Origin: Camelus dromedarius | Lineage: Eukaryota | Direction of reading: 5' to 3' | Assembly: GCF_036321535.1 (NCBI RefSeq) | Contig: NC_087437.1 | Span: 8,184,001-8,248,000 of the forward strand | Length of the DNA: 64,000 nucleotides | Shown: positions 11,491 through 24,154 of the stretch, in pieces | Numbering within the stretch: the stretch's first letter is position 1 | Layout of the letters: each line of letters begins with the position of its first letter | Notes under the pieces: model-generated | Databases searched by the model: none | Seen by the model: only the letters and a program-made list of their open reading frames with translations | Told to the model about the DNA's origin: nothing | Position numbers and translations under genes: made by a program

Positions 11491-13455
11491 TTAGGGTTGC
11501 AGGAAAACCCTTTGAAGAAGTGACAGTGTCTGCTTCTTTCCAGAGAAGCAGAAAGAAAGAAAACCCAGTCCCAGAGTACTTCGCAGGGGAGAAGGTGGAT
11601 TCCCAGGGGCTTGTTTTCTTCCTAAGTGCACTTGCTGTTAATTTCGTCCATGAATTGATGATTTTATTTCTGTTGTTACTAACAAATAAGAACATGCACT
11701 TTTATTGTTTATTAGCTACCCATTTAACATATTCTCCTCTTAATAATAATCAAACAATACGGGAGTGTGTAGAGGAAAATCAGAGGTCTCCCTTTACCCC
11801 AAGTAACCACTGCCAAAATTTGGGCGTGAATTCATTGCTCCAGACCAGTTTCTACATATTTTCATATATAGGTACATGAAAACATAGACACATCCTATTT
11901 TGAGATTTAGGTTCAATTTCCCTACAGTCAGTTGCACAAAATCTTAATGTGCAGCTGGATGAATTTTTATACAGGAATCCACTTGTAGACTCCATTAAGT
12001 CTCCTTTTCTGTATTTTTAAAAATAACTTGGCAGCATAATCATAGTATTATTCTGTAAATGTTTCTACTAGTACGGGGTGGGGAGGGTGATGATTTTTTT
12101 AGGTCAGGACCTATCAACCTACCCCATTCTTGTTAACCACTGTGTTATATTCCACAGTGAGTGTAAAGATGTCACAGAGTATTTAGCCATTTACCTATAA
12201 TGATGGAAGTGCTTAATGATCAACATTACAGCAAACACTTCCAGGCCTCTTTGTGCAGATGTCGGTGCTCCCGGGATGTCCAGCCCACAGGAAGTCGATA
12301 CAGCTGAGTAGAAGGAGCTAGGCTTAGGGACAGGCCACTGGACTCAAATCCCAGCTTCCTGCTGCCTTGCTGGTGCTCTTAGGTGAGTTAGCCAGTGTGG
12401 GCCACGGTTTTGTCAGCAGCGAAATGGAGAGAATACTAATAACCTTGCTGGGTTGATGTGGAATGAGAGACATCTGCCAGACACTGAGCATGGCATGCCG
12501 GACAGATGCTCCCTATGTGATTATTATTAATATTCACTGAGTAATATTATTTGGTATCCCCACATTCCACAAACACCTTTGCATATATGTTTCCGTTAAA
12601 TTCTCTCCCCGTGACCCCCTTTCATTGATTTGTTTCTTCCTGCTCACATTTGGTCCTCCTTATGCCTGCATCTAAACTCACCAACCTGGCTCCACATCAC
12701 CTTTACCTGCACACACACACACATCTGTAAATACATATGCAGACACATACACAGGTTTAAAAAGCAACTTAAAGGAGAGAGTGGGCAGGAGACATGGTGT
12801 CAAGCTATTGAAGAGTCCAAAGCCTTTAATATTGCTGAGGTATCATTGTGTCCACAAAAATGATAACTTGTACTCAGTCTGCCCAAATAAGGAAAAAGAA
12901 TGAAGTAACCTGATAAGGTGGAGGATTGCATAATGTACAAAAATTAATTTGAAATACAAAAGAAAACAGAATCCATTGGATATTACAAGAAAATAATTTA
13001 ATTAGAAATAAACCCCAAAAAAGTATGAGGGAAAAACATTCATATGAAAAAATGTTTAAACTCTGCCAAGAATATTAAAGAAAACACGAATAAAGGTGAA
13101 GACTCATTTACGTTTTGGATTGGAAAACTCAATATTGTGTAAATGTCACCATAAAAAGGGGGAAAGCAAACCATCTCTGGGGAGAAGATATTTACAACAC
13201 ATGTAATTGACAAAGTACTTAAATCTAGAATATGTAAAAATATAAATAATATGAACAAATCGATAAGAGAAAGACAAACATTCCCTTCTGCCCCAAAGAC
13301 ATAAGACTTGAGGGACATGTCACAAGGGGAAATATAAGTAATGAACATGAAAAATTACCTCACCTCAGCACTTACCAAGAAGATGCAGGTTTAAATCATA
13401 ATGAATTCATGCTTCACATCTACCACACTGGTGCAGTGCACTGCTCTCGCCCTCC

Positions 13456-14393
13456 CATACAGGACCCTAGACAGAATCCTCACCATGACGGGCCCGTCGA
13501 GGACATGAAGCCACACCACAACTATGAGAAGCCTTGCTGAGGGCGACGGAGGTAAAGTTACTCACCTGCCGACGAGTCTACAACATGGAAATGGCTCCTC
13601 AGATCAACCTTTTTTTTTTAATTGAAGTACAGTCAGTTTACAATGTTGTGTCAATTTCTGGTGTACAGCACTTAATAGTTCAGTCATGCATACACATGCA
13701 TATATTCCTTTCCATATTCTTTTCCATTATAGGTTATTACAGGATATTGAATATAGTTTCCTGTGCTGTACAGTAGGACCTTGTTGTTTATCTATTTTAT
13801 ATATGGTAGTGTGTATCTGAAAATCTCGAACTCCTTTCCCCTTGGGTAATTCATCCCTTCCCACCCCCTTAGTTTGTTTTCTATGTCTGTGAGTCCGTTT
13901 CTGTTTTGCTTTTGCACCGCAAAGGAAATCGTAAACAAACCAAGAAGACAACCTATGGAATGGGAGGAAATATTTGCAAATGATGCAAGCAACCAGGGCT
14001 TAATTTCCAGAATATGCAAACAGCTCATACAACTCAATAACAAAAAACAACCCAAGCCAAAAATGGGCAGAAGACCCAAACAAGCAACTCTCTAATGAAG
14101 ACATACAAGTGGCCGATAGGCACCTGGAAAAGTGCTCAATATCACTAATTATCAGAGAAATGCAGATCAAAACTACAGTGAGGTATCACCTCACACCAGT
14201 CAGAATGGCCGTCATTCAAAAGTCCACAAAAAAAGATCGACTTCTCGATGTGAAAGAATTTGGCAGCTCTTGGCAGGGATGCTGAGGCCGATGGAGAGAA
14301 GGCCCATATGAAAACCCTTTTCCAGTTGTCTCTGCCTCTTCTTCTTCCAACTCCATTTTCTCTTAACTTTCTTACAATAAACTCAATCACATA
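13456..14393 (+). pseudogene. MRPS21 (pseudogene): 5'-truncated processed pseudogene of mitochondrial ribosomal protein S21, interrupted by an L1 insertion (13610-14233)
   Basis: 13458-13609 reads YRTLDRILTM/GPVEDMKPHHNYEKPC*GRRR*SY/CRRVYNMEMAPQIN. After the L1 it continues FSM*KNLA/WQGC* (TGA 14283-14285). This matches MRPS21 ([52 protein letters not shown]). A 3' UTR with AATAAA at 14376-14381 follows. Several stops and frameshifts. Confidence 0.92.
13610..14233 (-). mobile_element. Truncated L1 with 5' inversion (3' end on minus 13610-about 13908; inverted ORF2 segment on plus about 13908-14233)
   Basis: Poly-T at 13610-13619, antisense L1 3' UTR, then sense ORF2-like text ([23 protein letters not shown]). 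Flanked by imperfect TSD AGATCAACCT (13601-13610) / AGATCGACTT (14234-14243). Confidence 0.85.
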
Positions 14394-14399
14394 TTTTTT

Positions 14400-15575
14400 T
14401 AAAAATGGATAAATTGAACTTCATCAAAATTAAACTCTGCTCTGCAAAAGACATTAACAGAATGAAAAGACAATCCACAATTTGGGAGAAAACATTTGCA
14501 AAATACTACATATCTGACAAATAATTGATATTTTAAACATATACGAAGAAGTCTTTAAAACTCAACAACAAAACCCCAGTCTAAAAATGAGCATAAGATC
14601 TGAACAGACACGTCACCAAAGAAAATATACATACAGCAACTGAGCATATGAAATGGTGCTCAGTATCATATGTCACTAGAGAACTGCAAATGGAAACAAC
14701 AGTAAGATACCACTACCTACCTATTAGAATGGCCAGAGTCCAAAGACCAACAACGGCAAATGCTGGAGAAGGTGTGGAGCAACAGAACCCTCACTCATCG
14801 CTAGGGGGAATGCAAAATGGTACAGCCCTTTGGAAGATGGCTTGGCAGTTTCTTACAAAACTAAACATATATTTACCATACAACTCAGCCATTACGTTCC
14901 TCGATAGTTACCAAAATGAGCAGAAAATTTAACGTCCACACAAAAACCTGCACATGGATGTTTACAGCAGCTTTACTCGTAATTGTCAAAACTTGGAAGC
15001 AACCAAGATGTTCTTCAGTTGGTGAATGGATAAATAAACTTGGTCCATCCAGACAACGGAATATTATGCAGCGATTAAAAGAAATGAGCTATCAAGCCAG
15101 GAACGGACATGGGTGGATCTTAAATGCATATTACTAGGTGAAAGATGCCAGTCCGAAAAGGCTACATACGTAATGTGTGATCTGGCTACATAACATTCTG
15201 GAAAAGACAAAACTATGGAGATGCTAAAAGGATCAGTGGTTCCTAGGTGTTGGGGGGTGGGAGAGATAAATGAGGGAGTTTTGAAAGCAGTAAAGCTATC
15301 CTGTATGATGCTGTCATGGTGGATGCATGTCACTATACATTTGTCAGAGCTCACAGAATGCACAACAGAATGAACTTTAATGTAATCTGTGGGCTTAGTT
15401 AATAATAATGTATCAGTACCATCTCCTCCGTTGTAACAAATGTCCCACACTAGCGCAAGATGTCCATCCTGTAGAGGGAAGGGGGTGAAAGGGCATGTGG
15501 GAAATCTTTGTACTTTCTGCTCAGTTTTTCTGTAACCCTAAAACTACTTTAAAAATAAATTTTCTTAATTTAAAA
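14400..15575 (+). mobile_element. Old L1 (L1MB-like) ORF2 end and 3' UTR
   Basis: ORF-track fragments HTKTCTWMFTAALLVIVKTWKQPRCSSVGEWINKL and YHYLPIRMAR match the L1 ORF2 C-terminus; AATAAA tail at about 15554. Confidence 0.88.
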
Positions 15576-16758
15576 TATATGTGTGTGTGTACATAGAAAC
15601 ATTGTAGGAAAATGCCTTTCTGAAAGTGTGTCCAATGATTTTTATTTTCTGAATTTGTCTCTAAATCAACAGTAAAGCTTGTAGGAAATTAGAAGATTGA
15701 CTCTCTCGGGAAGGGAGGGAAGAATTCCTTTACTATAAGATGCTACGTCAACTATTCATTTCATATGTTGAGCTCCTACAGGACAGAAAGGCCAGTGGTG
15801 GTTCTGTACACTTGAGGAGCTCAGTGTCACGGGGAAGAGACACGCAGATGCATTACTGGATAATAACCATGTAAGTGCTTATTTCTAAGCTTTCCATCCA
15901 CCTTGTCTCACATCCACACAACCCTGCAAACAGGCACCAGTGACCCATTTTACAGACATGGGCCCTGAAGTTCTGGACGGTGAGTTACCTTGCCCGTGGA
16001 CTGAGCAGCCGAGTTGGGAATCAAGGCAAGTGTGTCAACCAGCGAAACGGGTGACTTCTCTCTGATGCCAGTGACGGAGAGAACATCGATTCCTTTGGAA
16101 GGAGACGATGACAAGGGGTTCACTTTGTGCAGGATGTCGGAGTCTCAAGAGTTTGAAGTTCAAATACATTTGCAAGTCTTCTCTCCCACTTCCACTCTGC
16201 GTTTCTTGCCCTTCTCCCACTGGAGTAAATCCTTTGTCTTGTCACTCTCCCTTTTGAAGGCCGATGACTCCATGGAGCTCCATGGAAAGGTGGCCAGGAA
16301 AGAAAATACTGAAAGTCAACCTCTGTCTCTGCCCTGGTTCAGCGCCAACGGCCCGTCAAATTCGAGTTTCCTAGATGTTCCACGGCTCGGATCGTGAAAG
16401 TGGAGGCAGCAGGCACCCGCCTGTGAGCGAGAGAGTTATATTTAGCCGTCCTTTCGGAGCTGTCTCTTTGGATATCAGAGATTCTGGTACAGCCTGTTAC
16501 TGTTTGTGGCCTCCTGGGCCCGAGGCAGAGAAAATGGGGTGGGTGGTTTGCTGACAGTTTTTATAAATACTCAGTATTTATTTAATGGCAGAAGCACACA
16601 GAGAGAGAACACACAGAGCATTAGGGGAAAAGAACACAGCTCAGCTCCATTCATCCGCTGGGCCCCGGACCAAGCCCTTCTCGTTTGCTGGGAGGCTGTG
16701 CCTCTGGAGTCAGCTGCAGCCCTGTGTCTGGGGAATCACCTGCCCGCCTGCCGGAGGA

Positions 16759-16838
16759 GGAAGGAAGGAAGGAAGGAAGGAAGGAAGGAAGGAAGGAAGG
16801 AAGGAAGGAAGGAAGGAAGGAAGGAAGGAAGGAAGGAA
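16759..16838 (+). repeat. (GGAA)20 perfect microsatellite
   Basis: Counted directly: 80 nt of uninterrupted GGAA. Confidence 0.97.
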
Positions 16839-17664
16839 CAGGGAACAATGAAGCCCTTGTTAAAAGCCAAGTTTTGGGGGGTTTGGTTTTATTTTTTTTA
16901 GCTGATTTTCTAAGCATGTCACTCCTCCGCTTAAACCCTTTCAGTCACTGGCCGCTGCTTTTAGGATAAAGGGCAAAAACCCTGATGCCACAGACGAGGC
17001 TCTGGGGAGCCAGTCAGCCCCAGACCCATCTCTCCCCACCGTCCCGCTTTAAAGATCCTCCAGCACGTCCGCCCTCTGCCCACCTGCAGCCTGTCCATGC
17101 CGTTCCCTCCACCTTGCGTGCTTTTCCTTCCTTGTCACTCAGTTAATTCTGACTCCCTTTTAGTATCTCAGCTGAAACATCACTTCCACGAGCTGAACTT
17201 GAGCATCACTGGAAAAGTGCTTCCCGGTGCCTCACACAACTCCTCCATCCTTGTCAAACACCTTCACCACTCCTTGTACTTTCCCTCTGCTTGAGTTTCT
17301 AATGATCCATTTGTGGGATTATTTAATTAACATCTGTCTCTCCAGTCCTGCTGCCTTGTTTGCCATTTTAACCCCAGAGCCAAGGCCTAGACTTAGAATA
17401 ACTCGATACGCCTGCCATCTGGGAAGGGTCCCATAAATATGTGTTAGAGAAATGAAAGAATGAAATAACTGTTTAAACACTTAAATATTTAGCTTTGTAT
17501 AAAGGGAGTGAGAAAGACCCTGATTCTTTCCCTTCTTCCTCAGTCCAGGGCAGTGCCTCAGTCCAAAGATACGTGTCCCAAAGCTGACCCACAGAGGGGA
17601 GACTGCAGTAGCAGAAATTCTTAGATTCTGCTGGCAACGTGGCCACCAGGCAGCCTTCCCCTCT

Positions 17665-17830
17665 ACAGCTGTGCCGTCCAGTACGGTAACCACTAACCGC
17701 ATGTGCTATTCAAATTTAACAAGTTAAAGTGAAATAAAATTAAAATTTTAGTTCATCAGTGTCATCGGCCACGTTTTTACACGCTCAATGGCCGCATGTG
17801 GCCGGCTGCTACCATATTGGACGGTGCCAG
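17665..17830. mobile_element. hAT-Charlie MITE (MER3-like)
   Basis: Inverted termini cgtccagtacggta / taccatattggacg. Confidence 0.75.
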
Positions 17831-19596
17831 TGCAGACCATGTTCATGATCACGGTGCTGCTCTGAAATAAAACACTCCCTCTTCTGCACAGACGAGACGA
17901 GGTCGGGGAGAGACTCTGCACCCGTTACTGTCATTGTGTGACACGCAATCTGGCTGAAGTACCTTCATCTATAGACGGGACTCCTAAGTGCTTCCCCTTG
18001 GGATTTCCAAAAAGACTAAAGTTGTTATAACACCTGTTCAGGCCCTAAGTCAGCTCGCAGTTAACAGTGGCCACCCTCGTCCTGGGCTGAAACTTAAAGT
18101 GGTTCAAAGCAGGAGAGACTCGGGTGCAAATTATTTAACTTCTCTGAGCCCCAAGGTCCTCACCTCTAAGCTGGGGATAAGAGCTTTAATATCCTGGTAA
18201 GGATTAGATAGGATATTTTGCAAAAAAAAAAAAAAAAAAAAAAAAGGGTTAGCACGTTGCCTGGCATGTAGAAAGTACCCCCAGACTGTTCATTATTCTT
18301 GTTTTATTACTGTCGAGTGCTATGACAAATTTGATTTTCTCAGGCACCAACTCAGGAATTGGATTCCAGCTGTTAAAACACTCCAGGTGTGTGTCTAAAG
18401 ACGTGCAGTCGTGGCCGGCAGTGCTAACTTCCTGAAGCTTTCATTTGGTTTGCTGAGGGCTGGCCGCCCAACCGGTAAGTCAAATTATTAGTAAGAGGCT
18501 GTTAGATTCCCTTTGGTCACATCCACATTTCTGAGATGCCCAAGGCTTCTGGGTAGGCCAAGAAGTGCCTGACATATGCTGTAGGTCAGAATTCTGCAAA
18601 AAGAATTGGTCATCTTAAACAACTGAGCTTTGATCTCATTTCTCTCTTCCTCAGCTGAATTCTTCTCTGTCAGTTCTGCTGGCTCTGTTTTCTTCCAAAC
18701 TTTAGACTCGTTTCCATAAGGCAACCAAATTCTGAACAGGATCTGTATGTTTGTATTTACAAAGTGGAGGGTGGGAAAAGGAGCAAGGGAAAGGGTGCTG
18801 AATCTGGTATCAAGCTAAAACCAAGAGAGGAAAAGTGTGGGTGGCTGGAAAGGGGTCCCTAATATTTACTGAATACCCATCATTTGCCAGATAATGTTCT
18901 AAGCACATTTTTCTCCTGGACTTTCTTTTTTCTTCCTTTTTCTTTATTTTTTTTAATCCAAAATGATACACAACTACTTGGTCAAAATGTAATTGTACTC
19001 AAAGTGTGCAAATTTTAAATGTATTTTCATCCCCAAAATGTGAATGACATGAATGTGATACAAATTTTTAAAATTCCGATTTCTTACATTTTTAAAAAGG
19101 TCATCTTTCTTCTACAATATACAAAACCTATCACAATTCAAAGGCAAAATGACATTGTAGTTAACTGCTAGCATAGTTTTAGTCAAAGATATTAAAATAA
19201 GCTGAATGTCTTATTAGCTTTTTAGAAAATTCAACGCCATCTTCCGAAATAATTTTATAAAACCATTCACGGTTTTCGCATTCAATGTGCACCTCTTTGC
19301 CAATGAAAAAAATCTATGTCGTGTTTCCCATATGCAGTGTTTAGATCTACATACGCACAAATTTAAGGGAAAGATGAATCCTTTAATTTTACAAAATATT
19401 CCTCAAACATTGTGCAGTGTCAGTGAATACTGTGCTAATTTATGAGGCTCTTCAGAACCATGAATTGAAACACAAAGAGAAGCAAGGAACCGGCTGCCTG
19501 ACACTCTGGGAAACAGTCCTTGGTTATGCAAGAATCTTTTGCATTCATGCTTAGAAGGAGGATTTGACAAGTTAATTAATTTGTCTTTTCTCTTAC

Positions 19597-19604
19597 CTAA
19601 GCAT
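19597..19604 (-). CDS. PP2D1: Candidate coding tip (ATG CTT AG, Met-Leu-Arg) of PP2D1 exon 1; exon probably extends as 5' UTR to about 19800
   Basis: Strong donor AG|GTAAGA at 19596-19591. Its phase 2 matches the phase-2 acceptor at 7652 (AG|A = Arg, then MFWKP). GC box at 19827-19836 upstream. Inference only; no transcript evidence. Confidence 0.45.
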
Positions 19605-20189
19605 TCCTGCTACTCAGATCCTTCCCGCCCTCCCAAACTGTGCCTCATTCACATGCAAAACCTCACGCTGCTCCGAGGCGGGTGCCTTCTGCTTCCAAGA
19701 TCTAGGACAAGAGATGGGAGGAAATGAGTCTCCTGAGGGCTCCATCCTGTTAGGTAGAAGGTAAAGTCTAGGTTTACAGGGTTGCCCTGTCTGGAGCTCA
19801 GACCAAGTGACAAGTGACAGAGAAGTCCCCGCCCCCACTTTGCCACTGAGTGTTTGTGACAGGAGGGATTCTGTGGGGCCCAGAGTAGGGGCTCCTTTTG
19901 CCTGAGGCTAAGGGTTATCCTGCTTTAAGAACTAATTAAAGAGCACACACTCTTTAATGGGGTATAAGGCGGTTCTTTTAAACAATACTAGGGTGAACTC
20001 TCAGTAAAGATAAAAGAGCTGGAAGGTCATGCTATAAGGCACTCCTTCTGCTCCAAATATTTAACATAATAGTTTAGAAATAAAACACAAAGGGAAAGTT
20101 TAATAAGACCGTGCCCATGACCGCTGCTACCTGAACCTACACTCAGCAATTGATTGAATTGCAACAGAGACATCAACGTGAGAGATCAG

Positions 20190-20900
20190 AACAATAAAAC
20201 TCAGCGCACAGGAGAGGATCTTTATAAACACGGTAGGCAAAGAGTTTTGAAGTGGGACACAAAAGCACTAAACACAAGACAAAACACTGACAAATCAGAC
20301 CCATAAAAGTAAGAGCTTCTGCTCATCCGAGGACACTATTAAGAGAGTGAAAGGGGAAGCCACAGACGGAGAGAAGAGGTTTGCAACAGATACATCCATG
20401 GAAGAATTCAAATCCAACTCTATGTTAAAAATCTACCACGAGTCAATTTAAAAAAGACAAACTAATTTCGACACGGGTAAAAGACTTGAACAGACATCAG
20501 TTTCACAAATGAGGATATCCTAAACGCCAATACGCAAATGAAAATGTGCTCAACGTGATCACACGTGTTGTAAATGCTAGTTAAAACAACAAAGAAATAC
20601 TGTGGGGGCGGGGACGGTACAGCTCAGTGGTAGAGCGCATGCCTAGTATGCGCGAGGTCCTGGGTTCCATCTCCAGTACCTCCATTAAAAAAAAAAAAAC
20701 AGAACAGGCAAGACTAATCTAGGGTACTGACTGGAAGGGGGCAAAGGAAGCCTTCTTAGGTGTTCGGAATATTCTGTATCTCTATCTGCATGGTGGCTGG
20801 CCAAGTATTTGCATATATAAAAATACACTGAGCTAGACAATTAAAATTAGGGCATCTACTACACGCACTTACCTTAAAAAGAAAAAAAGTCTACTTAAAA
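20190..20900 (+). mobile_element. Old L1M fragments with a nested SINE
   Basis: Decayed ORF2 text (cttctgctcatccgaggacactattaagagagtgaaa; gacttgaacagacat) plus a 3' UTR fragment. Confidence 0.7.
20604..20699 (+). mobile_element. tRNA-derived SINE, short form
   Basis: GGGGACGGTACAGCTCAGTGGTAGAGCGCATGCCTAG..GAGGTCCTGGGTTCC..CAGTACCTCCATT plus poly-A. Confidence 0.9.
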
Positions 20901-21356
20901 AAACAGAATATTCCAAAACAGAAAGACAAATGGCTAGAAGCAGCTGAAGATACAAATGTGCTGGTCTCTCTTTCCCTTTTCATTCTTTCCTTCTTCCTTT
21001 TGATGTGGAAAAAAAATGCCAATGTTTAATTTTTAAAATTGACATCAAATACCATTTAAATGTAGAAGAGGTCATTTTTCTTTACAGGCTTTTAAAAAAT
21101 ATGAAATTCATCCTGACTAGATAGAACATATTTGTTTCAAATGTTTCACATCCTAGAGATTTAAGGCCTTCCCTCAACAGAAGGTTGACTGAGTAGCGGT
21201 TTAGGTCCTCTTTGAGAGAACTGCTCAAAGGTATGTTCAGCAAGAAAAAAAGCAAATCTAGATTGAGGGAATACAGCTCAAGAAACAGTGATCATGGGCG
21301 TTGTTAAAATATATTAGTGAAAATATGTGAAGTATGTTAATTAACTATTCACTGCA

Positions 21357-21736
21357 TGTTAGGGACTGAATCATACCCACTTCCCCCCTATGCTGAAGGC
21401 CTAAACCCCGTACCCCAGACGTGATCATACTTGGAGATCGGACCCTTAAAGAGGCAATTAGGTTAAATGAGGTCAGTTGGGTGGGCCTTCATCCCACCTG
21501 ACTGGTGTCCTTATAAGAAAAGGAGATTAAGACGCAGACACAGAGGGAAGGCCACGTGAAGACGGCGGAGGGAAACGGCATCTACAAGCCAAGGAGCGAA
21601 GCCTCAGGAGCAGCCAGTCCTGTCCACACCTTGACCTTGGGCTTCCAGCCTTCGGAACTGTGAGGAAAGAGATTTCTGCGGCGTCAGCCTCCCAGTTTGT
21701 GGTGCTTTGTTATGGCAGCCTAGCAAACAGCAAATA
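21357..21736 (+). mobile_element. MaLR solo LTR (MLT1-type)
   Basis: Typical MLT1 text: ggactgaat..; ttaggttaaatgaggtc; gactggtgtccttataagaa; ctacaagccaagga; cttccagcc..aactgtgag; tttgttatggcagcc. Confidence 0.88.
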
Positions 21737-24154
21737 TTCAAGCAGTTACATAAGCTGCTCTTTGTCGTAAAAACGTAGATTGGATATTCTGGGCAACGGG
21801 AAGAAGAGGGATGGGGGTGTTCGGTGGGGAGAGCGTGAGAAGGTGCTCATGTCCTGCTTGGCTTCCAGCTGTGTCGGAGGAAGCAGTGCTCTTTCCCAGA
21901 ACACTGAACCTTGGCACAGGTGAGCAGGTGTGACGAGGCTGAAAATCCTTGAATATCTACACTCCGGCCCCTTACAGTAAAGGTTCCCCTAACGCTTCTC
22001 TGCGGGGTTTATTCCGTAAATGTTAAAAGAAAACATGAACAGGGAAGATACAGACTGCAGTTCTGGGGAGGCAGGCACTTGGCAAATGAGATAAGGAGAG
22101 TTAGGCGTGAGGAGCTTTTAAACTGATAATCTCTCTCTCTCTGGCAAATGAACACATGAAGGAAATGGGGTTCGTGAATAGACATTCAGTCACTCCCTGA
22201 ATTTTTCTGTATGTCTGAAACATAACAAAATATTTTATAACATTGTATACATTTTTGTGCTTCGGAAGGATATCCTGTTACCATGCTTCACAACTTTTTT
22301 GTTTTGTTTTGTTTTCACCCAAAATGGTTGCTGATGTATAACAACTATTTTATAAAGTGAAACACTCTGCTCTGGGCTTTTTATTCTTCTTACCATTGAA
22401 GTGTAGTTGATTTACAATGTCGTGTCATTCAGGTGGACAGCAGAGTGATTCAGCTCTACACACATTTATATATTCCTTGTCATAGTCTTCTTTATTATAT
22501 TGTAGTTCAAACTACCGAACATAGTTCTCTGTGCTGTACAGTATAAAACATACTGAGTTTTGATTTTAGACCCAGAGGGTCAGCCACAGTGTGTTTGGCC
22601 AGCCAGGACTTAAGGTTAAGGAATTGAAGGAGCAGGTGTGCCCTTTGTAAAGAGACCCTAAACTAGAAAACTTGCCCTGATAAAATGTTTTCCTTAATCT
22701 GTGAAATTACGTGTATGACATTTTTATAAAGTTAGGGAATTAGAATCCCTCTTATGTTAATTTTTTTCTTTTTAGTATTTATTTTTTATTTGTTCTATGC
22801 ACTTTATATATTTTTTTCTTTTTTGTTTTCTCTTAGTTTATTTAATTTTTTTAATTTTTCATTTTATTAAAAATTTTTTTTAACACCTTTATGGTGGTAT
22901 GATTCCTGTACAGTAAACTACACATATTTCAGATGTACAATTTGGTGAATTTTGATAGATGTATGCACCAGTGAAACCACCATCTGAAGTTTATTTTAAG
23001 CAGTTATATGGCACTAACAAGAGTAAAATTTATAATATTCAGATTGTCACAGAAAATCTAGGTCATACCAAAGTTTGGTTCTTTGGAAATTTCACTTTCT
23101 CATATAATTTTCAAGTGGCTTAAAGAGATAGATGCTCACATACTGCTTCAGAAAAGCAGTCAGCCATTTATCCCGCGTTCAGAAGAAGACTTTTTCTTTT
23201 ACTTACTTTGTACCTTCCTTGTAAACGGTCCTTAGGCCTAAACAACAAGCATATGTGTTAGTAACTGTAAATAGAAAACAACAGAGAAAAGCTTTCTCTC
23301 TTTCCAAGGGCAGTGCTCAGCCAAACCCATTTAGACCTAATCATATTAGATATGAAAACTGTTATTAAGAACAACTAAAAATAAAAAAATGAACAAAATA
23401 CCACTAATGGTATTTGGGGGCATAGTTCTAAAGCCTCACACTGGAAATCATAATTTAACTGCAAAAAAATGCTTGAAAACTAGGGAAGGAGAGTTTATGT
23501 CTCCCCATCCCAGGATTCATCTCATAATTGCTTTCCAGTACTTTTTCCTTAGAAGGCTAGATTTTATTTTAGAGGTTATTAAAATAAATGTCCAGTGAGC
23601 ACAACCACTTTCTCTAGTGAGAAGCTAGCTCAAGGAGCTCCGCCCTAAGGCATCTGCCTCACCTGTCTTTATTTTATGCTTCCGTTGAGCCGCTGTCTCT
23701 AAAAGCAGGTGGCTGTGCTGTGAAGGATGGCAGCCACTGACCACACGCTGGGCTAAGCCTGTTCTGATACCGCCTGGTCCAGCCTCGGTGCTGCGAGACT
23801 GGGCCCTCACTGGGGACACTTTTAATCCACCTGTGGGCTTCAGGGTGCCGGCACTTTACAGAAGCTGTGTAGGCTGGGTAGGAAGGAATAGGAAGGAATA
23901 TGGCAAAACGGTACTGATGTTGGAGTAGCAATAGATGGTCCCAAACTTTCCTTTCTTAGATGAGAAGATATCACTGAGCAAGAGACACTTCATGAAACAG
24001 GGGCCAGCCATGCTGCTGAGGGGAGGGTGTCAGGCAAGACAGAAAATGCAGAGGCTGGTGCAGAAAAGAGCTTCCTGAGTTAGGCTGGAGTATACCACCC
24101 ACCTGGGAGAAGGGCCCGAGAGGTGGGCCTGGCCAATCAGGTTATGGGGTTGAG

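Noticed and set aside
16014..16397. 127-aa ORF and the 18-bp palindrome TCCATGGAGCTCCATGGA (16269-16286)
   Set aside because: TTG start inside MIR-like sequence and no homology recognised; the palindrome is explained by a short tandem duplication or chance.
16506..16969. ORFs with (RKEG)n or (PSFL)n repeats
   Set aside because: Translations of the (GGAA)20 microsatellite.
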